DNA of 64,000 nt from Gammaproteobacteria bacterium (GCA_965238225.1 OZ250183.1:288001-352000); one strand, 5' to 3'. Positions 1 through 10,931 are shown, numbered from the stretch's first letter. The notes: a model not told the origin generated them from the letters alone. A program made the numbers and translations.

Positions 1-3000
1 AGAGTCACACGCGATGTTGTTGATGGTATTACAGGTGAAAATCAGCTTGCACGCATTCAAAGCTCAGGCACAGGCAATATCTTCATTAATGCCGACACCT
101 TGGAAAATGAAAGCAGCGTTATTTCTTCTGCCCAGAATCTAAGCCTAAATGGTACCACACTGAACAACACCGGAAAGACGCTACAATTTACTTATTTAAT
201 AATGCTTCATGCCACCATCCCTATCAGGGCTCGGATAAACAGTCAGGGTTGGGCGCCTGATCATTCTTTCCACTTCTATATTCCCTGCGCTAGACCTGTA
301 CCTTGTACAGAAACCGTCGGCACTGTTGCAGGCGTAATTGCAGCTGGTGGAACATTATCAGGCAGCCTTTCTGGCACAGTGACCAACCTATCAACTCCTG
401 CCACAGATCAAGACTTGCCTGAATTTGCACAAAGCAGCGCAGTAGATATTAAGCTTCAGGAGGCTCGTGATCTATATCAGCAAAGTGCGCTTGAGCTGGT
501 CTCCCCTGATCTGTTTGAAGATGCCCCTGTAGATTCTAATTTTTTGCTAGAAACTCGTTTTGCATTTATTGATGTCAGTCAATTTTTTGGTTCAGATTAT
601 TTCCTAAGTGGACTCAATGATTACACGCCGGACAATACGATTAAACGTTTAGGGGATGCCTACTTCGACACCCAGTTAGTCAGCCAACTGGTGTTACAAC
701 AAACACAACAACGTTATTTATTTGCGAACGTCAGTAATGATATAGAGCAAATGAAACAATTACTCGATCAAGGCATAGCAACTGCTAATGCCTTGAGTCT
801 AAGCCCCGGTATAAGTTTAAGCCCCGCCCAACAAAACGCATTAACGCAAGATATCGTTTGGTATGAAAGTGTGGAAGTAAACGGCGAAAAAGTGTTAGTA
901 CCCAAGCTCTATCTGACCTCAAACCGTGCGACACTTTCAAGTCAAAGTGGTGCTGTCATCAGTGCTGGGAAAGTCACTCTTAACGTTGGGGAAAACCTCA
1001 CTAATAGTGGTGTAATCCGTGCTGCAGAAACCTTAGATATAAGCGCCGTACAAGATATAAACAACCAAGGTGGTCGTATACAAAGCGGTGCTGATTTAAA
1101 CCTTACAAGCGTGCTTGGTAGTATTCGTAATGAAAATACTACTAAGCGCCTGCAACATAATGACAAGAATTTCCGTGAATACGAAACAAGCCAAGGTGAG
1201 ATTATTGCGGGCAATAATCTAAACATTCGTGCTGCTTATAACATAGAAAACATCGGTGCAGATATAAGCGCCACAGGTGATGCCAGCCTTCAAGCAGGCA
1301 ATGACATCCTGTTTTTGGCAAGAAAACGTGATAACGCTTCTTATGTTGAACATAGCAAAGGCTACTTTGAATCCACTGGCAGCAAACACGACCTATCCAA
1401 CATCACAGTAGGTGGCAACCTTGAAGCTGTCGCTACAAGAGACATCCTGCTGCAAGCGATCGATGTAACTGCCGGCAATGATATCCAGCTTCAAGCAGGC
1501 AATGACATTAGCCTCGTAGATGCACAAGATAGAACACACAGCAAAAGCGAACATAAAAGCTCAAGCTTCTTTAGCTCAAAGCACAGCATCACAGAACACG
1601 AAACCGTCACAAGCCGTGGCACTAAGCTAAAGGCTGGTGGTGATGTGCTGATTAATGTTGAAAAGACTGCAGGAGGCCTAGACTTTAATGAAGCTGCTAG
1701 GGAAGTGACAATTGTAGGCTCCGACATTGAGGCTGGACAAGACATCTTAGTTTATGCCGGAGACAGCATCAGCGTAAGCCACGGAGTTGACTATCAATAC
1801 CACCATGAAGAAACCACTAAATCAGGTTTCTTTGGACTGTCAAACAGCTACCGCAGCAAGACCACCCAAGAACAACGCCAACGTCAGGCCGAGGTTGGAA
1901 GTGGCAACGACATTCACATCAAGGCCAAAAACAACGTCGTCTTACTCGCGCCAAAGCTTCGTGCAGGCGGTGATGTAGACATAGAATCAGAACAAGGCAG
2001 CGTTACCATAGGCACCGCCAAAGATACAGACTATAGCCACGAAGAATACTCAAGCCAAGGCTTATTCACATGGGAATTCGGCAATGAAGGTCACTTAGAT
2101 GAAACCATCAGCCATGCTGAAATCACAGCAACAGGTGATGTCCGTATTACAGCTGCCGATGGCATCACTGTTGAATTAAAGAAACATGGCAACCTAGAAG
2201 CATCTATAGAGAGCCTAAGCCAACTGCCTGAATTCGCTTGGATGGCAGACCTGCGCCAACGTGATGACATAGATTGGAATACCCTAGACGAACAACACGA
2301 CTATTGGCAACAACACGAATCCGGCATCGGCGGACCCGGCATTACCTTCCTCACCATCGCCATAAGTATTGCCTCAGGGGGCATCACCAGTGGTTTTTTT
2401 GCAGACTTAGCAGCAGATATAGGCATTGCCAGTGCCACAGGGACAGCGGCCTTTGAGGCAGGACTAAACACCCTTATCCAAAAAGCAGGCCTTAGTCTTA
2501 TTAATAATGGCGGCAACATAGGGGCTGTCTTTGAAGAACTCATCAGCACAGATAATCTGCTTGCTATTGCCACAGCAAGTATTACAGCAGGACTATTAGA
2601 AGGCGCTGGTGTTGCCAATCATGATTTTTCCAAAGGCTTCCTTGCCCCGGATGCAATACTCAAGAATCTACAGAATCAGATTCTCGAAGCCACCATCCGC
2701 TCAGGTGTCAACACAGTTGTCACAGGAACAGATTTCACAGACAGCCTAAAATCCAATCTCCGTTTTGCAGCAGCTTCTGTTATTGGTGCACAACTGAGCC
2801 AAGAAATCGGCAAGGCTCTAGATCATTCAGAAACACGTGCTTTCCAACTTATCGCCCATGCAGCCGTTGGCTGTGTCTCAGGGCAAATTTCTTCTGGACA
2901 ATGTGGTGCGGGTGCTACCGGTGCGTTTGCAGGTGAAGCAGCAGCCTTAGCCTATCGCAATAGTCTTGCCGATGATATGCAGGATCTTATCAATAACAAC

Positions 3001-3894
3001 CCCAGTGAAGAACAAATCAATGCAAAGCTCTTCGAATGGCAAACCAATGGTGTGGATATTGCACGCTTAGCTGGAGGCTTAGCGGCCTTGATCAGCGGGG
3101 CAGATGCGGAAGGTGTTGGTGTTGGCTCCAATGCTGGCGGTACATCTACGGCGAATAATATCGTCATTCTTATTCCGCTCTTATATGCTGCTGCTGCTTT
3201 TTCTTCAGGATACTACGGAACGCTGTCAGCGAAACAAGTCGTTACAGGATTGATTTCAAATGATCCTCTAGGACAGGCCTTATATAACGCTTCTCCAGAA
3301 GTGGTTTTGAAAGCCATTTCTCATGTGGGTGAAGGGGTTAGATTGGTAGTCACTTATGTTGATGAGGCGACAGGGAAAACAGTATCCGGTGCATGGAATG
3401 ATCTCTCAAAGCCCACTCAAAACCGCCTCATAGGGGGCGTTGGGCTTGTTGCTGTGGCTATCCCTAGTGTCAAGTTTTTAAAGAAGGTGGGGACGGGCAA
3501 GAGATTGCCAAATGTTAATGGCAGCAATATTCAACGTGTTGATGCGAGCAAGGCAAATGTTGGATATATTCGCCCACCTCATGATCCCACAAAACCCATT
3601 TATGATTTTGACGCAGATGGCACCACACAATATGTGCGGGTATTTAATGAAGGGCCGAAATCTCGAAAAGTTGGTCAATGGATGATGCGTAAGGAAGATA
3701 TCAAAGGTTTGACGCCTGCACAGATTCAAGATAAGTTCGATTTGCCTGAGCTACCTACTCGTATTGTCGATGTGACTCCGCCAGCAGGAATAAAGATTAG
3801 AACAGGCACGGTTAATTCAGGGAATTTTGGCGGCTCTGGGGGAGGGATTCAATTCGAAGTGCTTGGTAGATATTATGAATACTTGGTTTGCTAA
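1..3894 (+). CDS. Filamentous haemagglutinin/CdiA-like two-partner secretion polymorphic toxin, 5' partial
   Basis: Frame is open from base 1. Contains a KRLGDAYFDTQLV...LVPKLYL receptor-region motif, haemagglutinin repeats (LQAGNDI), a DUF637-like helical region, an ANN boundary near 3150 and a C-terminal toxin-like domain ending GGGIQFE. The last codons may be frameshifted. Confidence 0.85.
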   Translation, partial: RVTRDVVDGITGENQLARIQSSGTGNIFINADTLENESSVISSAQNLSLNGTTLNNTGKTLQFTYLIMLHATIPIRARINSQGWAPDHSFHFYIPCARPVPCTETVGTVAGVIAAGGTLSGSLSGTVTNLSTPATDQDLPEFAQSSAVDIKLQEARDLYQQSALELVSPDLFEDAPVDSNFLLETRFAFIDVSQFFGSDYFLSGLNDYTPDNTIKRLGDAYFDTQLVSQLVLQQTQQRYLFANVSNDIEQMKQLLDQGIATANALSLSPGISLSPAQQNALTQDIVWYESVEVNGEKVLVPKLYLTSNRATLSSQSGAVISAGKVTLNVGENLTNSGVIRAAETLDISAVQDINNQGGRIQSGADLNLTSVLGSIRNENTTKRLQHNDKNFREYETSQGEIIAGNNLNIRAAYNIENIGADISATGDASLQAGNDILFLARKRDNASYVEHSKGYFESTGSKHDLSNITVGGNLEAVATRDILLQAIDVTAGNDIQLQAGNDISLVDAQDRTHSKSEHKSSSFFSSKHSITEHETVTSRGTKLKAGGDVLINVEKTAGGLDFNEAAREVTIVGSDIEAGQDILVYAGDSISVSHGVDYQYHHEETTKSGFFGLSNSYRSKTTQEQRQRQAEVGSGNDIHIKAKNNVVLLAPKLRAGGDVDIESEQGSVTIGTAKDTDYSHEEYSSQGLFTWEFGNEGHLDETISHAEITATGDVRITAADGITVELKKHGNLEASIESLSQLPEFAWMADLRQRDDIDWNTLDEQHDYWQQHESGIGGPGITFLTIAISIASGGITSGFFADLAADIGIASATGTAAFEAGLNTLIQKAGLSLINNGGNIGAVFEELISTDNLLAIATASITAGLLEGAGVANHDFSKGFLAPDAILKNLQNQILEATIRSGVNTVVTGTDFTDSLKSNLRFAAASVIGAQLSQEIGKALDHSETRAFQLIAHAAVGCVSGQISSGQCGAGATGAFAGEAAALAYRNSLADDMQDLINNNPSEEQINAKLFEWQTNGVDIARLAGGLAALISGADAEGVGVGSNAGGTSTANNIVILIPLLYAAAAFSSGYYGTLSAKQVVTGLISNDPLGQALYNASPEVVLKAISHVGEGVRLVVTYVDEATGKTVSGAWNDLSKPTQNRLIGGVGLVAVAIPSVKFLKKVGTGKRLPNVNGSNIQRVDASKANVGYIRPPHDPTKPIYDFDADGTTQYVRVFNEGPKSRKVGQWMMRKEDIKGLTPAQIQDKFDLPELPTRIVDVTPPAGIKIRTGTVNSGNFGGSGGGIQFEVLGRYYEYLVC

Positions 3895-3921
3895 TGCTAG
3901 ATCTTTAGGGGGTTAATTGCT

Positions 3922-4231
3922 ATGAATGAGAAATTAAAGGTCATAAGGAATTATTGTTAAATGACAAAAAGATAGTTGTCTACGAGGGGTATTTCCTAAG
4001 TCAAGATACTCGATCCGAAAGGATTATGAAAACGTGGTTTGCTATGATCAAAATAATGAAGTCGTTTGGAAGATTAATGGTGAGTTAGAGTATTGGCAGT
4101 ATGGATCAGATGCCTTTGTTGGTGTTGGTCTTTGTGATAATGGCCAATTAGTGGCTACAAACACTTCTGGTAACGTTTATATCGTTGATATTGAAACTGG
4201 CAAAGCAGTTTGGGATTGTTGGGTCAAGTAA
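3922..4231 (+). pseudogene. Putative cognate immunity protein, frameshifted (intact 3' ORF 4034-4231)
   Basis: ATG at 3922 directly after the toxin. Fragments MNEKLKV / LLNDKKIVVYE / DYENVVCYDQNNEVVWKING lie in different frames. Size and position are typical of cdiI-type genes. Confidence 0.55.
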
Positions 4232-4527
4232 ACCAAGAAACCCTCAAGTAAACAGGAGCCCCTGAATCAGCATTAAACGAAACCCATTCAAACCCCACCC
4301 TTGAAACACATCTAAACTAAAATCCAAGTTTTTAAGCTTTTTGACAATTTGTCGTACTTAAAATCTGCCACCGATCCCACATCTCAGTTTTGTACAGCCG
4401 TATAATTTTTTTGTGCGATATATCATATTTTACGTTCCATATTTTTATACTTAAGACAAAGTGTTGACCGATCAATTGAAGTCATAAGCGAACGCAGTTA
4501 TTCAGATAAATTCTTTGTATTGGTTAT

Positions 4528-6192
4528 TTAGGTGGTAAGAGAGGACTTACAGTTAGAAATTTTTATTTGATCGCGACCCGCTTTCTTTGCTGCATACATA
4601 GCCAAGTCTGCTGTCTCCAATATACCCTGCGAGGATTGGGCATGTTCAGGAAAGGTAGCAATGCCGATGCTGTTGGTTACGTCGATAATTTTATCATCCG
4701 TTACTGGAAAAGGAAAGTTGGCAACCTTCTGGCGTATTCGTTCCGCTAATTCTTCGGCTTTGGAAAGACCTGTTTCCGGGAGGAGGATGACAAATTCCTC
4801 GCCGCCATAACGGGCTGCATAATCTGTATTGCGTATTGAACTCTTTAATATCTTTGCATAGTTACGGAGAGTAATATCCCCTGTCTGGTGTCCATAGGTA
4901 TCGTTGATAGACTTGAAATGGTCTATGTCCAACATGAAAACTGACAGATCGTGCTTATATCGGGACGCTCTGTTTATCTCGTCGTTTAACTGTTTTTCCA
5001 ACATTTGACGGTTATACAGTCCGGTTAATGTGTCGTGGGTTGCTATGTATTTTAATTTTTCTTCCGAATGTTTGCTCTCGGTAATATCTTTGGCAAGTCC
5101 CTCAACAGCTATGACATTTCCATGATAATCAAAGACCGGTAGCTCAGACATTTCCAGCCATCGCTGCTCACCTGATTTATGTAAAATTTCAAAAATATAA
5201 GAGGGCTGTTTAAAACCTTGAACAGCTTTATCAGCTTTCTGTTTAATCTCCTTATTAATTGGGTTGTCTGTAAGATAGGTAGCCCAGTGGAGCATAAAAT
5301 CTTTCTGGCTGTAACCAAGCATTCTAGTTAGTGACTCACTAACAAAAGTGAACAACTCATCGATGCTATGCGAATAAAAAAAGTAATCTTTTGATAGATT
5401 TTCTACAAGTCTACGATATTGATTCTCACTTTTTTTACGTTCCGTAATATCCAATATCGTTGTTAAACGTGTATTGCGTTCATTGATGTTAAGTCGTTTT
5501 TCTCTGACTACTGCTGGAAAAATCGTTCCATCAGACCTTAAAAATTCAGCTTCATAATGGTCAGGATCTTCTTTTTTATTCTTATACTGTATCAGGTCTT
5601 TCATATGTGGTGAGATTAAATTCAGAATAGGTTTACCTATTATATCCCCAGCCTCGCATTGGAACATATCGCAAAATACGTTGCTAACATCTGAGAGTAT
5701 GCCATCTTCTGAAATTGCAACAGCTTCCAGAACATTATCGCTGAATAGTTTGTAACGTTTCTGATTTTCGTTAAGCAGACGTTGTGTATGTTCCTTATCC
5801 TTAAGGGTATTACAGTACTCAATAGCTCGTTCAATAGTCTTGATAAGATGATTAGGCGAGGAGCCAAGATCGTCCTTGACAATATAGTCGCATGCCCCAA
5901 GTTTCATTGCATCAACGGCTACTTCTTCGCTGCCCTTTCCAGTAAGCATCAATATGGGGTAAGAGGTATTATCCGTATCTCCCTTTATCTCCTTAAGAAA
6001 ATCAAGGCCAGTCATGTCAGGCAGAAGGAAATCTAGGAGTATGCAGGTTGCGCCATCGTTTTTAAGGGCGGCAAGACCGGAGCATCCATCTGTGACCTCA
6101 CGTATGGAGATTTCTCGATCCGATGCATCTAATATCAGACGCACCGCTTCCCGATCTATTTCATCATCGTCAATAACCAGAATTTTCCACAT
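4528..6192 (-). CDS. Response regulator diguanylate cyclase (REC-PAS-PAS-GGDEF)
   Basis: N-terminal REC (ILVIDDD, LLDFLLPD), two PAS/PAC regions, RNTD inhibitory site five residues before GGEEF. Start moved to MWKIL at 6192. Confidence 0.9.
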   Translation of the reverse strand: MWKILVIDDDEIDREAVRLILDASDREISIREVTDGCSGLAALKNDGATCILLDFLLPDMTGLDFLKEIKGDTDNTSYPILMLTGKGSEEVAVDAMKLGACDYIVKDDLGSSPNHLIKTIERAIEYCNTLKDKEHTQRLLNENQKRYKLFSDNVLEAVAISEDGILSDVSNVFCDMFQCEAGDIIGKPILNLISPHMKDLIQYKNKKEDPDHYEAEFLRSDGTIFPAVVREKRLNINERNTRLTTILDITERKKSENQYRRLVENLSKDYFFYSHSIDELFTFVSESLTRMLGYSQKDFMLHWATYLTDNPINKEIKQKADKAVQGFKQPSYIFEILHKSGEQRWLEMSELPVFDYHGNVIAVEGLAKDITESKHSEEKLKYIATHDTLTGLYNRQMLEKQLNDEINRASRYKHDLSVFMLDIDHFKSINDTYGHQTGDITLRNYAKILKSSIRNTDYAARYGGEEFVILLPETGLSKAEELAERIRQKVANFPFPVTDDKIIDVTNSIGIATFPEHAQSSQGILETADLAMYAAKKAGRDQIKISNCKSSLTT

Positions 6193-6199
6193 GGGATTG

Positions 6200-6625
6200 T
6201 TAGTCTTTCGGTAGCTTGATAAACTGCCAATAATTATCGATAAATTCAATAACTTTCGTATGCATGCCACCGTCTTTGGACTTAATAGAGTACCCAGCGA
6301 TATTATTATAGGCGTGTGTTATATCCTCGTCGGAACAAGACGTCGTCATCACGAATATCACTAGGCGTTTGAGGTTGTCATCAGCGCGTATTTCGTCTAG
6401 GAATTCTAACCCGTTCATCCGCGGCATGTTGATGTCGAGAAGTACCACAATAGGATGCTGAATCTTTTCTTGTCCGTCCTCGCCACGCAGAATTTCAAGG
6501 GCTTCTATCCCGTCATGGGTTACCAAGACCGGATTGAGCATCTTCTTTTCTTCAAGAGCTCGTTTAGTGGCTTCAAGATCGATTTCATCATTTTCCACCA
6601 GAAGTAATGTTGCTATTTCTGACAT
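6200..6625 (-). CDS. Single-domain response regulator (Rcp1/CheY-like)
   Basis: LLVEND, LLDINMPRMNG, MTTS motifs. The ATG at 6625 overlaps the kinase stop (TAATG). Confidence 0.9.
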   Translation of the reverse strand: MSEIATLLLVENDEIDLEATKRALEEKKMLNPVLVTHDGIEALEILRGEDGQEKIQHPIVVLLDINMPRMNGLEFLDEIRADDNLKRLVIFVMTTSCSDEDITHAYNNIAGYSIKSKDGGMHTKVIEFIDNYWQFIKLPKD

Positions 6626-8226
6626 TATGCTTGTTCTGCAGTTTGTTTTGGCCAAGTGAATTGGAAGACCGTACCACGTTTCAGGGCAGGATCAGAAATA
6701 ATCTTAATCGTACCGCCATGAAATTCAATGGTTCCTTTGACCAAAGCAAGCCCCATGCCGCTTCCCTCTACTTCATCTCTCGGTTGTAGAGTTTGGAAAA
6801 GACCGAAAATGCGCTCATGATATTTTTGGAGAATCCCCGGTCCGTCGTCTTCAATTGTGAACTGAGCATATTCGCCTAGATCATGATATTCAATATTCAC
6901 CTCTCCCTGATCGCGGTCGTTATGCTTTGCGGCGTTACCTATCAGATTTCGAAATACCAATTCCAGCGGCACTCTTTGAATTTGAATTGTTGGCATGTTG
7001 GATTTGATGTGAACCGCCATGCCCTTGGGCAGCGATATAAAGGTGATGACTTCTTTGATCAGCGTGCCAATGTTGACAGTTTCCGATTCTTGGATTCTTT
7101 TGCCGACTTGGGAATATTCCAGCAAACCATTGAGCATGGAATCCATGCGGCCGACCCGATTCTGGAGCAGATCCATGTAGTGTTGATTCTTTTCACTGAG
7201 CGTATTTTTCAGATCTTTAGACAACCAACTAATCAGATTTTCGATGCCTCGCAATGGTGATTTGAGATCGTGTGAAGCTACACAAGCGAATTGTTCTAAT
7301 TCGGTATTTGAGCGTTTCAGATTGCGGACTAAATCCTCGATTTTTTCAACCATGCCATTAAAGTCGTCGCCTAATATGTTGATCTCATGTGATGATAGTA
7401 TGAGAGATCTCTCGCCCATTTTCCCCTTATTAGAACTACTGGCAATGGCCGAAAGAGAGGTAATCGGCTCAAGAATACGACGCCTGATATGAAAAAACGA
7501 AAACACAGAAAATAAAACGACCGTAAGGATAAGTAATATGGCAATATTACGTAAAAAAATTGAAGCTGTTTGAATAGTTTTAACTTCTTGCAATGTTCGC
7601 CGATCCAAAAGTTTCATGAATTCCGAGATAGGCTGCATAATTTTGGTTTTAGCAGCGTGATATTCTTTCCCATGGAGAATTTCGCGTGAGAATTTTGGAT
7701 CAGGGCTTTGCTTGATGGTGAATTCTCCAGAATCGTCTGCAAACAGACCTTTTACGGTCATGAATGCAATTTTCTCCAAATTAGTAAGATCATCTGAATT
7801 TTTTTTTGCTTCATTCAGCTTTGCTAGTTCACCGCCAGACAACCCAGCCTTTTTCATCAAGTCCAAGAGTGAGATCGGAGCGCCAAAAGGTGTTGGTCGC
7901 TCCCCTGCTGGCGTGACAATGTCCCAATAAATCTCATTGTAATTTTGTGGGCGTGGCTTTAATCCATCGCGGATCGCCAAGATCTCATAAAAGTATTTTT
8001 CATATTTTTCATTGCCGGTGACGGCATAGGTGCGAACCATTCTGGTTAAGTCATCTGAGCTTTGTCGGAGTTGATCGGCCAGTCCGATAGCCTCAAGGCG
8101 ACCGGATACACCTGCGGCGAGTTTTATATTGTTCTTGACTAATAAACTCATCGTAACGATGGCTGCGCTAAGCAATACAAGGAGTATTATAAAGACTATT
8201 ATTACACGAGTTTGAATTGTGACCAT
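6625..8226 (-). CDS. Membrane sensor histidine kinase
   Basis: Two TM helices around a periplasmic domain (SSDDLTRMVRTY), a HAMP-like linker, H-box ASHDLKSPL and HATPase motifs (NLIGNA, DDGPG, GSGMGL). Confidence 0.9.
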   Translation of the reverse strand: MVTIQTRVIIVFIILLVLLSAAIVTMSLLVKNNIKLAAGVSGRLEAIGLADQLRQSSDDLTRMVRTYAVTGNEKYEKYFYEILAIRDGLKPRPQNYNEIYWDIVTPAGERPTPFGAPISLLDLMKKAGLSGGELAKLNEAKKNSDDLTNLEKIAFMTVKGLFADDSGEFTIKQSPDPKFSREILHGKEYHAAKTKIMQPISEFMKLLDRRTLQEVKTIQTASIFLRNIAILLILTVVLFSVFSFFHIRRRILEPITSLSAIASSSNKGKMGERSLILSSHEINILGDDFNGMVEKIEDLVRNLKRSNTELEQFACVASHDLKSPLRGIENLISWLSKDLKNTLSEKNQHYMDLLQNRVGRMDSMLNGLLEYSQVGKRIQESETVNIGTLIKEVITFISLPKGMAVHIKSNMPTIQIQRVPLELVFRNLIGNAAKHNDRDQGEVNIEYHDLGEYAQFTIEDDGPGILQKYHERIFGLFQTLQPRDEVEGSGMGLALVKGTIEFHGGTIKIISDPALKRGTVFQFTWPKQTAEQA

Positions 8227-8982
8227 TTACATTATCGAATTATTGTCAAAGCTTTAATCCATTTTATCCTTTTGAGCGTTATATTAATTACGCATGGTAT
8301 GAAAATACACATGGTGATTTCGGGTAAATGTAAGTATACTTTTTGGCAAAAGTGACCAACTGTTACAACTCGTCATTTTTATCACCACAAAGAAAATACA
8401 CAATAAGATGTAGTTACGTTTTTATTCATTTCTAATCTCTACTGTTAATTCAAACAAACAATCATAAATATTATTTATATACCATTTTACCCATAACGCA
8501 AAAAAAATTTATACAAATAAAGGACAATGTCCGATATAAAGAAGGGGCAAAAATCATTCATTACACTGACGGAGCAAAACCGTGGCATACCAAAAAACAA
8601 ACTTTATTCCGTTACAAGGAAAATATAGCCGTTATAAAAACTTACATCGCATTTGACACGGTTATCGCCAATCGCGGAGTTTGGTTTTGACCCAATGGAA
8701 CAAGTTTTGCAGTACCAATACCTTTATATTTTTTCTTCTACAGTTCGTATTGTTGTAGCTTATTCTATCCATAAGGATAAGAATAGCTACCGAATCACTC
8801 CTGTTCCTTTCTGCTTGGAAATTTAAGCACGCGGGTATAATCTGAATGTATTGTTCCCTACGCATCGCCCTAAAAGGCGCGAATAAGATGCATTTTTAAG
8901 TAATCTAGGTATACAATATGCAGCCCATTACCTACAGTTCCTTAATCATTTAAGACGGGTTAATACAAGGCAAATAACTTCG

Positions 8983-10812
8983 ATGATCAAAAAAGTAGAC
9001 TCTGCAAATTTTGCTGACATGAATCTCGGCGTGCCTATTATGAAGGCGATCAAAGATACCGGTTATGAGAGTCCATCACCTATTCAAGCGCAAACCATTC
9101 CCTTGGTGCTAGCCGGCAGAGATTTGATAGGTCAAGCACAAACTGGCACTGGAAAAACAGCCGCGTTTGCATTGCCATTGTTATCGCGTATTGACATTAA
9201 AAAGAAATTGCCACAAATATTAGTGCTAACGCCGACAAGAGAACTGGCGATTCAGGTTGCAGAAGCATTTCAAACCTACGCAAAGCATATCAAAAAATTT
9301 CATGTGTTGCCTATTTATGGCGGTCAGGAATACAGCACACAACTAAGATCTTTAAAACGTGGAGTGCATGTTGTTGTCGGCACACCTGGTCGTGTTATGG
9401 ATCATATGCGTCGTGGCACTTTGAAACTGAATGAGCTGGATTGTATGGTTCTTGATGAAGCTGATGAAATGTTGCGCATGGGTTTTATTGATGATGTTGA
9501 ATGGGTGCTGGAACAATCACCAGATAATAAGCAAATAGCATTATTCTCGGCGACCATGCCAAATGAAATTCGCAAGATTGCGAAAAAATATCTTAACAAC
9601 CCGGAACAAGTCACGATAAAAAATAAAACTGCCACTGTTGAAACTACTCATCAACGTTACTGGTTAGTTAGTGGTGCACACAAGCTTGATGCGCTGACAA
9701 GAATCATGGAATCGGAGAATACAGAAGGCGTTATAATTTTTGTGCGCACACGAATTAGCACAGTAGAATTAACGGAAAAGTTACAGGCGCGTGGTTATGC
9801 TGCTGTGGCTTTGAATGGTGACCTGCAACAGAAACAACGCGAACGTACCATAGCACAACTGAAATCTGGTAAGCTGGATATATTAATCGCTACTGATGTA
9901 GCTGCGCGTGGTTTGGATGTTGAACGTATCAGCCATGTTATTAATTATGATGTTCCGAATGAAACCGAAGCTTATATACATAGAATAGGGCGCACTGGGC
10001 GTGCAGGGAGAACAGGGGAGGCGATTTTATTTATCACTCCTAGAGAAAAACACTGGTTACATAGAATAGAAAAGGCGACTAAACAAAAAATTGAAATGAT
10101 GGAATTACCATCAACAGACAAGATTAATAATAAACGTGTTGCCCGTTTTAAACAAAATATTACTGATGTGCTTGCCAGAGAAGGATTAGATTTTTATCAA
10201 GGTCTGGTAGAAGAATATCAGCAGGAACATAATATTCCAGCAACAGAAATAGCAGCAGCCTTAGCAAAACTGGTACAAGGGAAAGAGCCTTTGCTTTTAA
10301 AGCCAATCACAGAAAATAGGAAAGCGCAAAAAAGACGAGATGGCAGAGACAAGGATAAATCAAGAGACCGCGCCCTATCAAAAGGCAATAATTTCAGAGA
10401 AAGCAAAAAGTTTCCGAAAAGAGAAAGGCAGCAAAGAGTGTCTGAGGTAGGCATGGAAACCTATCGCATAGAAGTGGGACATGATCATGAAGTACAGCCA
10501 GGCAATATTGTCGGTGCAATTGCAAACGAAGCTGGCTTAGACAGCAGAAACATCGGGCGCATTGATATTCATGATAGCTATAGTCTGGTCGATCTCCCAG
10601 AAGAGATGCCGAAGGAAGTTTTTGTAGATCTCAAAAAAACTTGGGTCTCAGGTCAGAAATTAAACATTACACGCGCAAAAGAAACATCTGACAAACCCAG
10701 AAAACCTCGTACGAAATTAAAGGATAAGGCGAAGTCAAAGCACAAGAATAAACCGAAAAACAAGCCCAAGCCTAAACTCAAAAAAAGCTTAGGCATCTTT
10801 AAGAGTATATAA
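8983..10812 (+). CDS. deaD: ATP-dependent RNA helicase DeaD/CsdA
   Basis: AQTGTGKT, PTRELA, DEAD, SAT and HRIGRTGR motifs plus a C-terminal DbpA-type RNA-binding domain (GNIVGAIANE). Confidence 0.93.
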   Translation: MIKKVDSANFADMNLGVPIMKAIKDTGYESPSPIQAQTIPLVLAGRDLIGQAQTGTGKTAAFALPLLSRIDIKKKLPQILVLTPTRELAIQVAEAFQTYAKHIKKFHVLPIYGGQEYSTQLRSLKRGVHVVVGTPGRVMDHMRRGTLKLNELDCMVLDEADEMLRMGFIDDVEWVLEQSPDNKQIALFSATMPNEIRKIAKKYLNNPEQVTIKNKTATVETTHQRYWLVSGAHKLDALTRIMESENTEGVIIFVRTRISTVELTEKLQARGYAAVALNGDLQQKQRERTIAQLKSGKLDILIATDVAARGLDVERISHVINYDVPNETEAYIHRIGRTGRAGRTGEAILFITPREKHWLHRIEKATKQKIEMMELPSTDKINNKRVARFKQNITDVLAREGLDFYQGLVEEYQQEHNIPATEIAAALAKLVQGKEPLLLKPITENRKAQKRRDGRDKDKSRDRALSKGNNFRESKKFPKRERQQRVSEVGMETYRIEVGHDHEVQPGNIVGAIANEAGLDSRNIGRIDIHDSYSLVDLPEEMPKEVFVDLKKTWVSGQKLNITRAKETSDKPRKPRTKLKDKAKSKHKNKPKNKPKPKLKKSLGIFKSI

Positions 10813-10931
10813 TAAACGGTCATTTATGGGATCATCTTCTCAGGCTCGTGTCATTTGACCATAAAGAGTATGTGATGCTATTTAATTGAGCGCATTGAGT
10901 TAATATTTCCAAGGTACGTTGGTTTAAACGT

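Noticed and set aside
942-3729. Short ORFs overlapping the haemagglutinin gene
   Set aside because: Alternate-frame or antisense shadows without independent coding signals.
8662-8865. 67-aa ORF or structured RNA upstream of deaD
   Set aside because: No RBS or motif; only a short CGCC/GGCG hairpin near 8866-8880, too little to call an ncRNA.
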